NCBI GenBank assembly: GCA_030428125.1
Contig: JAUIBF010000001.1
Coordinates: 234,383 to 298,382, forward strand
From: a bacterium
GTDB lineage: Bacteria; Patescibacteriota; Saccharimonadia; Saccharimonadales; SZUA-47
Reading direction: 5' to 3'
Length of the DNA: 64,000 bases
Part shown: positions 1-9,705 of the stretch, piece by piece
Numbering within the stretch: position 1 is the first letter of the stretch
Layout of the letters: each line of letters opens with the position of its first letter
Notes under the pieces: model-generated
What the model was told of the DNA's origin: nothing
Seen by the model: only the letters and a program-made list of their open reading frames with translations
The model's database searches: none
Made by a program: the position numbers and the translations under genes

Positions 1-695
1 TGAGACAGTTTGAAAAACTAGCTGATGACGGACTAACTGGCGAAGAGGTGTTTACTCTTTATGACACATATGGATTCCCTGTTGAGCTGAGCGTTGAAGA
101 GGCCGAGAAGAGGGATATTGCTATTGCTAACGATTGGGGCAAGGTATTCAACACAAAGATGACAGAACAGCGGGAGCGTTCTCAGACGGCCGCAAAGGGC
201 ACTTTTAAAGGTGGATTAGGTGGTCAGAGCATGCAGCACAAGAAATACCACACGGCTACGCATTTGATGTATCAGGCGTTGCGTGACGTATTAGGTGATC
301 ACGTGATTCAGCACGGTTCTAATATCACAGAGGAACGTCTGCGTTTTGATTTCTCGCATCCTGAAAAGATGACACCCGAGCAGATTAAACGAGTGGAAGA
401 CATTGTGAATGAGCAAATAGGTAAAGATTTGAAGGTGTCTTACGCTGAATATCCTACAGAAGAAGCGACCGGCCCACTAGGTGCACTAGGCCAATTCGGG
501 GACAGGTACGGTAATTCTGTAAAGGTATATAAAATGATTGCTGATGATGCTGAGAAACCGTTCAGTTTTGAAATATGTGGTGGTCCACACGTAGATCACA
601 CTTTGCAACTTTTTGAAGAAGATAAAAAATTCAAAATCACAAAAGAACAGTCCAGTTCCGCTGGTATACGTAGAATAAAAGCAGTGCTAGATTGA
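1..695 (+). CDS. alaS: alanine--tRNA ligase, C-terminal portion (5' end upstream of window)
   Basis: Frame 3 is open from the window edge (RQFEKLADDGLTGEEVFTLYDTYGFPVEL). AlaRS editing-domain motifs are present: HTATHL, GSNITEERLRFDF, ICGGPHV. TGA stop at 693-695. Confidence 0.9.
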   Translation, partial: RQFEKLADDGLTGEEVFTLYDTYGFPVELSVEEAEKRDIAIANDWGKVFNTKMTEQRERSQTAAKGTFKGGLGGQSMQHKKYHTATHLMYQALRDVLGDHVIQHGSNITEERLRFDFSHPEKMTPEQIKRVEDIVNEQIGKDLKVSYAEYPTEEATGPLGALGQFGDRYGNSVKVYKMIADDAEKPFSFEICGGPHVDHTLQLFEEDKKFKITKEQSSSAGIRRIKAVLD

Positions 696-781
696 GCTCG
701 GGAAGAGCAGCCAGCAGAGGTGATTTATTCGCCTCTCCTGCGCGATGAGAAACCCTGAAAGGGTGTCTCATAGGATTTCTC
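696..781. other. 86-nt structured insert between two copies of the alaS 3' end
   Basis: Hairpins at 717-735 (GAGGTG/CGCCTC) and 747-769 (GAGAAACCC-TGAAA-GGGTGTCTC). A 9-bp inverted repeat GATGAGAAA/TTTCTCATC lies at 744-752 and 776-784. No ORF. Confidence 0.5.
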
Positions 782-841
782 ATCACAAAAGAACAGTCCA
801 GTTCCGCTGGTATACGCAGAATCAAAGCCGTTTTAATCTAA
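782..841 (+). pseudogene. displaced duplicate of the last 19 codons plus stop of alaS
   Basis: 782-816 is identical to 636-670. The remainder encodes the same peptide (ITKEQSSSAGIRRIKAVLI*) with mostly synonymous differences. Confidence 0.8.
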
Positions 842-1004
842 ACATGTAAACAAGTTGTGGTGTAGTAATTAAATCTACAAACACTACATGTAGTGCTTTT
901 CAAAAAAAGTAATTATTCTGTGATATAAATCACAGCTTTGTGGTGATTGCGGGCGTAGTGTCTAGATAACCTTAAGTTATATTAAACAAATAGGTACTAC
1001 AAAA

Positions 1005-1418
1005 ATGGTTAATCGAGTAAAAATAAACGGTCAATTTGAAACCGTTGCTCGATTCAGCGCTCACTACAATGAAGGCTGGAACCAATGTCTCGAAGGTCTA
1101 GGTGCTCTGCAACTAGGCCATTTAATGTATAATCCCGGAGAATTCCCAGGATTAACTGGCGTATATCCGAGAGACTCAGATGTTCATTCCCGGTTTATCC
1201 ACTATTGGACGTCAGACGAAGAAATTACTCATCATAGAGTTTTACATGCTGGCAGGGAATCAATTCAGGCTACGAGTTCCGCTGTGCTTCAATTAGTAAC
1301 AGCAGAATTTGAACCTCAGACGCCGAATTGGCTACAAGAAAAACACACAGCTGAACGTCAGGTATACGGACAAATGCCTACGGAGCTTCCGTCGAGACAA
1401 AGGGTGGGAGTAGCTTAA
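1005..1418 (+). CDS. hypothetical protein (orphan, 137 aa, 2 Lys)
   Basis: Long ORF, first of three tightly packed ORFs. No motif recognised. Confidence 0.6.
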   Translation: MVNRVKINGQFETVARFSAHYNEGWNQCLEGLGALQLGHLMYNPGEFPGLTGVYPRDSDVHSRFIHYWTSDEEITHHRVLHAGRESIQATSSAVLQLVTAEFEPQTPNWLQEKHTAERQVYGQMPTELPSRQRVGVA

Positions 1419-1419
1419 A

Positions 1420-2004
1420 ATGGTATTTCAGTCCCTCGAGCCAACACCAAACCTAGACGGCGCAGACAGGGCTGAACAGTACAGAGAAATGGATAGAGCC
1501 GACAGAGCAAGAATACTTTATGAGTCATTCATGCACGCAGATGATGACGAATTGTATATAGGCGACGAGGTGGGGGTTAAGGGGCTTCTGGTGTATCTAG
1601 TGGGGACCTACGTTTCACACAGGGGCGACGAGATAGCAAGTACGCATATATCATTCTCACCACCCACGAAAAAAATTACTTGCACCACAGACTTGGTGAG
1701 TATTTCGTCAGATGGAAGTGATGCGCCTACATTGGACTCGGTTGCTAGGCTTGGTCTAGAGATATTGAGAGAAGAGTACGGAGCGGAAGAAGGAGACCCT
1801 AGGTTCGCTGATTTAGGGTCATTCTGCATGGCCGAGGATATTTCGATTCGTAGTCTCCCAGAATCCCTAACATCTGTTCCTCAAATCGGAGCCATCGAGT
1901 GGCTCGCTGCTCATAGATCACCCGAGCTAGCAGAGGTGCGAAAGCTACCAGTAGCTTATGTGGACGGATCAGACGTAGTACAGGCAGTAGCAGTAGGCAA
2001 TTAA
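1420..2004 (+). CDS. hypothetical protein (orphan, acidic, 194 aa)
   Basis: ATG lies 1 nt after the upstream stop. GGGTGGGAG Shine-Dalgarno-like sequence upstream. No motif recognised. Confidence 0.6.
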   Translation: MVFQSLEPTPNLDGADRAEQYREMDRADRARILYESFMHADDDELYIGDEVGVKGLLVYLVGTYVSHRGDEIASTHISFSPPTKKITCTTDLVSISSDGSDAPTLDSVARLGLEILREEYGAEEGDPRFADLGSFCMAEDISIRSLPESLTSVPQIGAIEWLAAHRSPELAEVRKLPVAYVDGSDVVQAVAVGN

Positions 2005-2006
2005 CT

Positions 2007-2273
2007 ATGTATTTACAAAATGTAGGAATCGAAGCGCCCCAAGGAACTGGTGGGGGTGGCTACCGTGTTGAAAGAGGAATAACTCCCGGGGTTGCTATCG
2101 TGACAAAAGATCCATCCGAATTTAGTGTAATAAGAGAAATAGGAAGTAGTCCAGAAGTAGATATCAGAAGCATGAAGATAACCGAATCTATAGGATATGT
2201 GACAATACCCCAACCAGTTAATGTGGACGCGTTACCCGATTGCGCTCGTGTACTATTTGCTGTTGCTGCGTAG
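2007..2273 (+). CDS. hypothetical protein (orphan, 88 aa)
   Basis: ATG lies 2 nt after the upstream stop. Contains a GTGGGG glycine run. No motif recognised. Confidence 0.5.
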   Translation: MYLQNVGIEAPQGTGGGGYRVERGITPGVAIVTKDPSEFSVIREIGSSPEVDIRSMKITESIGYVTIPQPVNVDALPDCARVLFAVAA

Positions 2274-2333
2274 TTAACTATTGATGTTTTATATCTGTTT
2301 TGTGCGCTCTTTGCGTGATACAATAAAGCGCAT

Positions 2334-3635
2334 ATGCTAGACAAAATTCAGAGGGTTAAGGATAGTGTTCTAGAAAAAACTAGAGCGCGAACTGACAAGG
2401 TTGCTGAACGCTACATTGTGGCTTTAGATGTAGGAACGGAAAACGTGAAAGCTCTGATTGGCAAAATCAACGGAAATAACGTAGATATCATAGGAGTTGG
2501 CAAAGCCCATCAGGGTTTATCAGATATGCAAGCAGGTGCTGTTGCTGATATTGCCGCTGTTACTGCTAACTGCAACGAGGCATTGGCTCAAGCTGAAGAA
2601 CAGGCTGGGGTTAGTGCACGTGCAGTAGTAATTGGAATTGCTGGCGAACTAGTCAAAGGCACAACCATATCTGTTAGGGTTTCCCGGAAAGACGGCAAAA
2701 AACCTCTAGAGGTAGAAGAAGTTGAAAAGATTATTTCGCTTGTCCAAAAAAGAGCTTTCGAGAAAGCACGCAAGCAAATTGCTACCGAATTGGGTGGCAA
2801 AGAAGTCGACGTCCAGTTGGTTAATAGTGCGCTAGTGCGAATGGAGATTGATGGCTATGCCGTCACTAACCCTGTAGGGTTTCAAGGAAAAGAAGTCACA
2901 GTACAGCTTTACACAGCTTTTGCACCGTTGATTCACATCGGTGCACTGGAGCAAGTTGCCACACAACTAGACATGGATTTGCTGGCAGTTGCTGCAGAGC
3001 CTTTCGCGGTTGCCAGATCAGTTGTCGGTGATGACACGGAATCGACCTTTAGCGCTGTTTTAATGGATGTAGGTGGTGGGACTACGGATATCGCAGTCTT
3101 AAATGAGGGTGGAGTCCAAGGGACAAAGATGTTTGGCATTGGTGGACGTGCATTTACTAGGTCGGTTGAGCGTGAGCTGGACATTTCATTCGACGAAGCA
3201 GAGACAATGAAATTAGCGTTAGGAAAGGGTGCATTATCTGAGTCTAAGCGAAAGACTACCGAAAAAGCCCTGGGTAAAACAGTAAAAGTTTGGCGTTCAG
3301 GTGTCGAACTTGCTCTAGAAGAGTTTCAGAATCTAGATCACCTGCCTCATAACATTCTACTTTGTGGTGGTGGTGCTTCCCTGCAACTGCTGATCGATGA
3401 GCTAGAACAGTCTAGCTGGTATAGAAGTTTGCCGTTTGCAAAAAAACCAACGGTTAAATATATTTCACCAGAAACAGTCTCTGGGATAATTGATACAACT
3501 GAAAATCTCGATGATCACACATTCATAACTGCCATGGGACTTTTAAGAGTAGGAATTGATACAATAGGACAGACAGATGCCGATGATGACTCAGTAAGCA
3601 TCGGCGACAGAATAAACAGAATTTTAAGAATATAA
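2334..3635 (+). CDS. ftsA: actin/HSP70-fold ATPase, FtsA-like cell division protein
   Basis: Phosphate-binding motifs ALDVGTENVKALIG and VLMDVGGGTTDIAVL, plus ILLCGGGASL. Overall FtsA-like motif order. TGaTACAAT box at 2316-2324. Confidence 0.6.
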   Translation: MLDKIQRVKDSVLEKTRARTDKVAERYIVALDVGTENVKALIGKINGNNVDIIGVGKAHQGLSDMQAGAVADIAAVTANCNEALAQAEEQAGVSARAVVIGIAGELVKGTTISVRVSRKDGKKPLEVEEVEKIISLVQKRAFEKARKQIATELGGKEVDVQLVNSALVRMEIDGYAVTNPVGFQGKEVTVQLYTAFAPLIHIGALEQVATQLDMDLLAVAAEPFAVARSVVGDDTESTFSAVLMDVGGGTTDIAVLNEGGVQGTKMFGIGGRAFTRSVERELDISFDEAETMKLALGKGALSESKRKTTEKALGKTVKVWRSGVELALEEFQNLDHLPHNILLCGGGASLQLLIDELEQSSWYRSLPFAKKPTVKYISPETVSGIIDTTENLDDHTFITAMGLLRVGIDTIGQTDADDDSVSIGDRINRILRI

Positions 3636-3638
3636 ATT

Positions 3639-5285
3639 ATGGCAAACAGCACAAAAGATACAGTTTATATAGATGTCGAAGATGAAATAACTGCTGTAAT
3701 TGATAAAGTCGTAAATGCCAAGCACAAAATTGTAGCGTTAGTTTTACCTAAACGAGCTACAGTGTTCCAAAGTCCGGTTAACATGAAGTTGCTCCAAAAA
3801 GCAGCAAAATCTGCCAAGAAAAGTTTGGTTTTGATTACTTCCGATAAAGGGATTCTAGCGATCGCAGCTGTAAGTGGTGTTCATGTTGCTAAATCTCTAA
3901 CCACCAAACCTGAAATTCCCAAGATTGAACAACCAGAGGAAAACATCGAAGAGAGTGTAGACTTAACCGGAGCAGCTATTGCTGGCGCAGCCGGAGCAGC
4001 AGCTGTTGCCGCAAGTACAGATGATAAAGATGAGGCTATCGAGCTAGATAATACTGACGAAAGAGCTATCACATCTGACGAAAAGCCAAAAAGTGGCAAG
4101 AAAAAACTGATGAAAATACCTGATTTCTCAAGCTTTAGGTTAAAGGTTGGCCTAGGAATTGCTGGAGTAGTGCTTCTCGTAGTTCTGTGGTTTGTGGCTT
4201 TTGTTGTTATGCCTAAGGCTACCGTGACAGTAAATACCGATACTTCAACCACTAGTGTAAATACTCAAGCTATATTCCGAGTAGGTGCAGAAGAAGTCGA
4301 TGTTGAAGAGAACATAATACCGGCTGAGCGAGTACAAGCAGAAAAAATTGATAGCATAAAAGTACCAGCTACCGGCCAAAAAGACATAGGCGAGAAAGCT
4401 ACGGGCACATTGACACTAACCAACTGTATCGACGACGGTGAACAGAAAGTCGTTCCTGCTGGAACAAGATTTACAAAAGACGGACTAACATTTGTAACTG
4501 CTGAGCAGGTAATATTGCCGTTCGCTATCGTTGCAGCCGGTGACTGTATCAGCGCAGATTTCGGAAGAAGCCGGGACGTAGATGCTGTTGCCGAAGAAGC
4601 AGGACCTCAGTACAACATATCCGAAGGTAGCTATAACTCCAGCATAAGTGGCATACAAGCATATGGGTCGGATATGAGTGGTGGAAGCTCTGAGATTGTC
4701 AAAGTAATTTCCGATGAAGATGTGCAAAAAGCCGAACAGCAGCTAAAAGGCACCAGCAAAACAGCTGCACTTAACGAAATGAAGTCACAATTAGAAGAAT
4801 CAGGGAAGACACCGGTCGAAGAAACTCTGGCAGAAGGAACTCCGAAAACAACCGTAGTTCCGGCAGTAGGAAAAGAGGCGGACGAAGTTGAAGTTACCAT
4901 AACTATCACCTATAACTTACAAGGTGTTAACGAAGACGATTTGTCTGCAGTTCTAGATCATGAAATTAATGAAAAGATGGGTGAAGATAAAAAGAACATC
5001 AAAGATAATGGCATAGAGGCAGTTAGATTCCAGGTAAGCGATAACTCTAATGAGGCAGACACTAACGTCACGCTTCAAACAGTTGCAACGCTGGGGCCAG
5101 ACATAGATGAAGCTGCCTTAAGAGAGGAGATTGCTGGAAAAAAACGTGGTGATATCGAAAAGCAAATCGAAGAAATTGATGGAGTTAGATCCGTGAGCGT
5201 AGAGTATTCTCCTGCCTGGGTTACTACAACTCCTAAAAGTGCCGATAAGATAACAATAGTTTTTAACGAACCAGATGAAGAATAA
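3639..5285 (+). CDS. single-pass membrane protein with large beta-rich C-terminal domain, function unknown
   Basis: Cytoplasmic N-domain, Ala/Gly/acidic linker, TM helix (GIAGVVLLVVLWFVAFVVM), then a KATVTV...ATGTLTLTN...VPAGTRFT segment. That segment resembles, from memory, baseplate-J-like annotated proteins of CPR genomes; this was not verified. Confidence 0.6.
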   Translation: MANSTKDTVYIDVEDEITAVIDKVVNAKHKIVALVLPKRATVFQSPVNMKLLQKAAKSAKKSLVLITSDKGILAIAAVSGVHVAKSLTTKPEIPKIEQPEENIEESVDLTGAAIAGAAGAAAVAASTDDKDEAIELDNTDERAITSDEKPKSGKKKLMKIPDFSSFRLKVGLGIAGVVLLVVLWFVAFVVMPKATVTVNTDTSTTSVNTQAIFRVGAEEVDVEENIIPAERVQAEKIDSIKVPATGQKDIGEKATGTLTLTNCIDDGEQKVVPAGTRFTKDGLTFVTAEQVILPFAIVAAGDCISADFGRSRDVDAVAEEAGPQYNISEGSYNSSISGIQAYGSDMSGGSSEIVKVISDEDVQKAEQQLKGTSKTAALNEMKSQLEESGKTPVEETLAEGTPKTTVVPAVGKEADEVEVTITITYNLQGVNEDDLSAVLDHEINEKMGEDKKNIKDNGIEAVRFQVSDNSNEADTNVTLQTVATLGPDIDEAALREEIAGKKRGDIEKQIEEIDGVRSVSVEYSPAWVTTTPKSADKITIVFNEPDEE

Positions 5286-5709
5286 CCAAGAACAGCCACT
5301 AGAGGGTGAGTTGATCGGCCTTGATATTGGCGAGAAAAATATTGGAGTTGCTAGAATTAGTACTTTCGCAAGAATAGCTGAGCCCCTGGAAACTATTAAC
5401 GCAAACTTGGATGCATTTACAGCCATTTTGACAGCTGTTAAAGAACATGATGCTGTAGCAGTAGTAATTGGGCTGCCAAGGGGCTTAGATGGGCAGGAAA
5501 CAGCTCAGACGGCAAAAATTAGACAGTTTGTATCTGAATTTTCTAAAAAAACTGACAAACCGTTATATTTAATTGATGAAGCAGGTACGACAAAGGAAGC
5601 AGAAAAAAGATTAACATCAAATCCGAGTGCAAGTATTGATAGTCTTGCAGCTACCATATTTTTGGAGGATTTTGTGTCATCCGACAAACAATCCCTAATG
5701 AGGTATTAG
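5275..5709 (+). CDS. ruvX: Holliday junction resolvase-like nuclease YqgF/RuvX
   Basis: LIGLDIGEKNIGVA N-terminus, VVIGLPRGLDGQET, and DEAGTTKEAE near the C-terminus. Confidence 0.85.
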   Translation: MKNNQEQPLEGELIGLDIGEKNIGVARISTFARIAEPLETINANLDAFTAILTAVKEHDAVAVVIGLPRGLDGQETAQTAKIRQFVSEFSKKTDKPLYLIDEAGTTKEAEKRLTSNPSASIDSLAATIFLEDFVSSDKQSLMRY

Positions 5710-5712
5710 ATC

Positions 5713-6786
5713 ATGTCAAGATTTCACGTAGATCGTCAGCATCGTCGAAGAGGAAGGGTAAATTTCTGGATAGTACTCCTGCTTTTACCACTGCTTACCC
5801 TACTGGTAGTGTCGTTCAGTTTTGCCTACTGGTACCAGTCCAATCTACAACCATTGTCGGAGCACACGTCAGAGGTAATCGTGAACATACCTGAAGGGGC
5901 ATCAGCAGGCGAAATAGCAGAGTTACTAGAAGAAACTGGTGTTATAAAATCTAGTTTTGCATTTGATTTATACACAAGATTAAATGGTCATCGCAATGAT
6001 TTGCAGGCCGGAGGCTATAAAATTTCGCCGAATAGCAGTGTCCAAGAGATAGTAACACGACTGGTGAACGGTGATGTGGCGACAGATTTAGTCATAATAC
6101 TACCAGCAAGAAGAATAGATCAGGTTAAATCAGATTTTATTAATTCTGGATATGAACGAGACGAGGTGAACGCTGCGTTTAACCCTAAAAATTTCGTAGA
6201 CCACCCTGTCTACAAATACATTCCCAACGGCGCAACCCTAGAAGGTTTTATATACCCAGACAGCTATCAGAAAACTACCCAAACCGAAGCAATAGAGATT
6301 TTAACTATCGCGATGGATGAGCTGGACGAAGTAATCACTCCCGAGTTGACTCAAAAGTTCGCCGAACAGGGCTTAACGGTTTTTCAGGCAATCACCCTTG
6401 CTTCGATAGTTGAGAGCGAGGTGCCTGCTGCTTCTGGCGATAGGGCTACGGTTGCACAGGTTTATTTAAAGAGGCTTGCTGAGGGAATGCCACTGCAGGC
6501 CGATCCTACAGCCCAATACGGTACACTTCTAGCTACGGGTACTGCAGATGACTGGGCAAATTACGATACGCCGTACAATACCTATCTGTATACTGGATTA
6601 CCTCCTGGTCCGATCTCAAACGTCAGTGCATCTTCTCTTGAAGCTGTCGCTTACCCGTCAAATACAGACTATCTATTCTTTGTAGCTGATGACGATGATG
6701 ATAATGTTACACATTTCTCCAGAACTTTTGCTGAACATGAGGAGAATATTGCTAAATATTGTCAGGTGAAATGCAACAGCTACTAG
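5713..6786 (+). CDS. mltG: endolytic murein transglycosylase MltG (YceG-like)
   Basis: N-terminal TM anchor. LQAGGYKI, ASIVESE and YNTYLYTGLPPGPISN motifs. Confidence 0.85.
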   Translation: MSRFHVDRQHRRRGRVNFWIVLLLLPLLTLLVVSFSFAYWYQSNLQPLSEHTSEVIVNIPEGASAGEIAELLEETGVIKSSFAFDLYTRLNGHRNDLQAGGYKISPNSSVQEIVTRLVNGDVATDLVIILPARRIDQVKSDFINSGYERDEVNAAFNPKNFVDHPVYKYIPNGATLEGFIYPDSYQKTTQTEAIEILTIAMDELDEVITPELTQKFAEQGLTVFQAITLASIVESEVPAASGDRATVAQVYLKRLAEGMPLQADPTAQYGTLLATGTADDWANYDTPYNTYLYTGLPPGPISNVSASSLEAVAYPSNTDYLFFVADDDDDNVTHFSRTFAEHEENIAKYCQVKCNSY

Positions 6787-6798
6787 TGTTACAGCACT

Positions 6799-6828
6799 TG
6801 ACAAAACGCTATAGTTTTTGTTAATATT
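6799..6828 (+). promoter_or_regulatory. sigma70-like promoter (TTGACA-18-TAATAT with TGn)
   Basis: TTGACA at 6799-6804 and TGTTAATAT at 6820-6828. Precedes a leader of at least 190 nt ahead of the LysM/CHAP gene. Confidence 0.5.
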
Positions 6829-7145
6829 TCCTGCGTAGTGACAAAGATATAAACTATTTTTAGAAAGTTGATTATATCTGTTGCTATTGTTGATTTAAAA
6901 AGCATAGAAGTTAATAAATAACAGAGTTGATGAAAAACCACCTCTGAAACATAAGCTAAACGCAAGAATCAACAGACTTTGGCCATGCGAGCATAGCAAT
7001 ATGTGGCTAAAAGGAGAATTTTATTCGTACTTCAACTGAAAGTGCTACTAAACCAGCACAATCGTTAGTAAAACAAGTAGAGTCGACTGCAAAGTCGGTT
7101 AACCACGTAGTTAAGCGACGTTACTTTAGGAGTAAACGTCGTATT

Positions 7146-8162
7146 TTGCGTAACAGTCTCGTAATTATCAATGTTGCCGTAGTAGTCATGGTAATGGGGT
7201 TTGTTCTAGTATCCAGAAGGCCTACAACTACAACAAATATCGCAACACCATTGAATAATGCCCCAGATGAACAAATAGCCGATCCATTGGACACGCTGTC
7301 TAGTGCTGACATAGCAGTTAACATCGCACAGCTTGCCCGATTAGATGAAGTAACGGCAGTCGCAAACAATGCAGACACAGTTAATTCACAACTAGAAATT
7401 GTACCAGCTGATACACAGGTAGTAGCGAAACCACAAATCGTAACGACCGACATTAAGACCATCCAGGACTTAAAAACTTATGTGACAGTTGAGGGCGATA
7501 CAGTATCCTCAATCGCAGATAAATTTGATCTATCTGCAGAAACTGTCCGATGGTCAAATGATCTAACTGGTAATACCGTTGCAGTAGGCACAAAATTGAA
7601 AATACCTCCAATAAACGGACTAGTTTACGAAGTCAAAGACGGGGATACTGTCGAAAAAATTGCAGAAAAATATAGTGCCGACAAAGATAAGATTATAGCT
7701 TTCAATGATGCAGAAATCGTGGGCTTAAAATCAGGACAGCAAATCGTAATCCCTGGTGGAGAAGTTCCTGCTCCGGTGAGAAATAGCGTACCAACATATG
7801 GTGGGTTTAGGTTTGGTGGCTCAGCAGTCTACGGCTACAACGGCTACGATTACGGGTACTGTACTTGGTACACTGCGAATAGACGCGCAGAAGTAGGCAA
7901 AGCTATTCCTGCTAATCTTGGAAATGCAAGTACGTGGAAGGTGTTATCGCAAAGGGCAGGAATCCCGGTAGGCAGCAAACCAAAGAAACACGCTGTTATT
8001 TGGACTCCACCCCGAGATTATTATGGTCACGTAGGATTTGTAGAAGAAGTTTATCCGGACGGCAGTGTACGCGTTTCCGAAATGAATGTTCGAGGTTGGG
8101 GCGTAAGATCCGAGAAGGTCCTTACGCCTGCTCAAGCAGCAGGCTACTCATACATTTATTAA
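7146..8162 (+). CDS. LysM-repeat CHAP-domain peptidoglycan hydrolase
   Basis: TM anchor, two LysM repeats (YVTVEGDTVSSIADKF, YEVKDGDTVEKIAEKY), and C-terminal CHAP (CTWYTANRR...GHVGFVEEV). The frame is open back to 7011. AAGGAG at 7011-7016 followed by ATT at 7023 suggests a possible longer form. Confidence 0.85.
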   Translation: MRNSLVIINVAVVVMVMGFVLVSRRPTTTTNIATPLNNAPDEQIADPLDTLSSADIAVNIAQLARLDEVTAVANNADTVNSQLEIVPADTQVVAKPQIVTTDIKTIQDLKTYVTVEGDTVSSIADKFDLSAETVRWSNDLTGNTVAVGTKLKIPPINGLVYEVKDGDTVEKIAEKYSADKDKIIAFNDAEIVGLKSGQQIVIPGGEVPAPVRNSVPTYGGFRFGGSAVYGYNGYDYGYCTWYTANRRAEVGKAIPANLGNASTWKVLSQRAGIPVGSKPKKHAVIWTPPRDYYGHVGFVEEVYPDGSVRVSEMNVRGWGVRSEKVLTPAQAAGYSYIY

Positions 8163-8188
8163 ATGATATTGGCCTGAAATAAACCTGC

Positions 8189-8220
8189 TTTCTAGCAAAG
8201 CTAGAAACTTTGTTTATTTC
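8189..8220 (+). terminator. rho-independent terminator after LysM/CHAP gene
   Basis: 8-bp stem TTTCTAGC/GCTAGAAA with loop AAA, followed by a T-rich tail. Confidence 0.65.
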
Positions 8221-8393
8221 ATCTTGGCTTATCTTTAATTTTCTCGTCTACGTACTCGCTTCAACGTACAGCAGCGTACGTCTCGTTCCGTTCGTCAACG
8301 AAAAAATCCAAGCTAAGCTCAAGCCAATACCTTTTAAGGAAACAAGACCGTACAAAGGATATTATTCATTAACAGGGAAGTGATTTATAATAG

Positions 8394-9665
<1,272 letters not shown>

Positions 9666-9705
9666 CTTTAATAGCCCAGTAGTTGTTTGCTACACTAGCT
9701 AACAT

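Noticed and set aside
744-784. Hammerhead-ribozyme-like elements (GATGAG ... GAAA ... GTC) within the alaS insert
   Set aside because: The conserved CUGANGA core is not intact; it reads GCGATGA. GAAA falls in a hairpin loop rather than after helix II, so the three-helix junction cannot be drawn.
6830-7145. A cyclic-di-AMP (ydaO-type) or other known riboswitch upstream of the cell-wall hydrolase
   Set aside because: None of the conserved ydaO sequence blocks I remember could be found by eye. Only the long leader itself is reported.
7934-8182. An 82-aa plus-strand ORF and a 63-aa minus-strand ORF inside the CHAP domain region
   Set aside because: They are alternative-frame overlaps of a gene with clear CHAP motifs.
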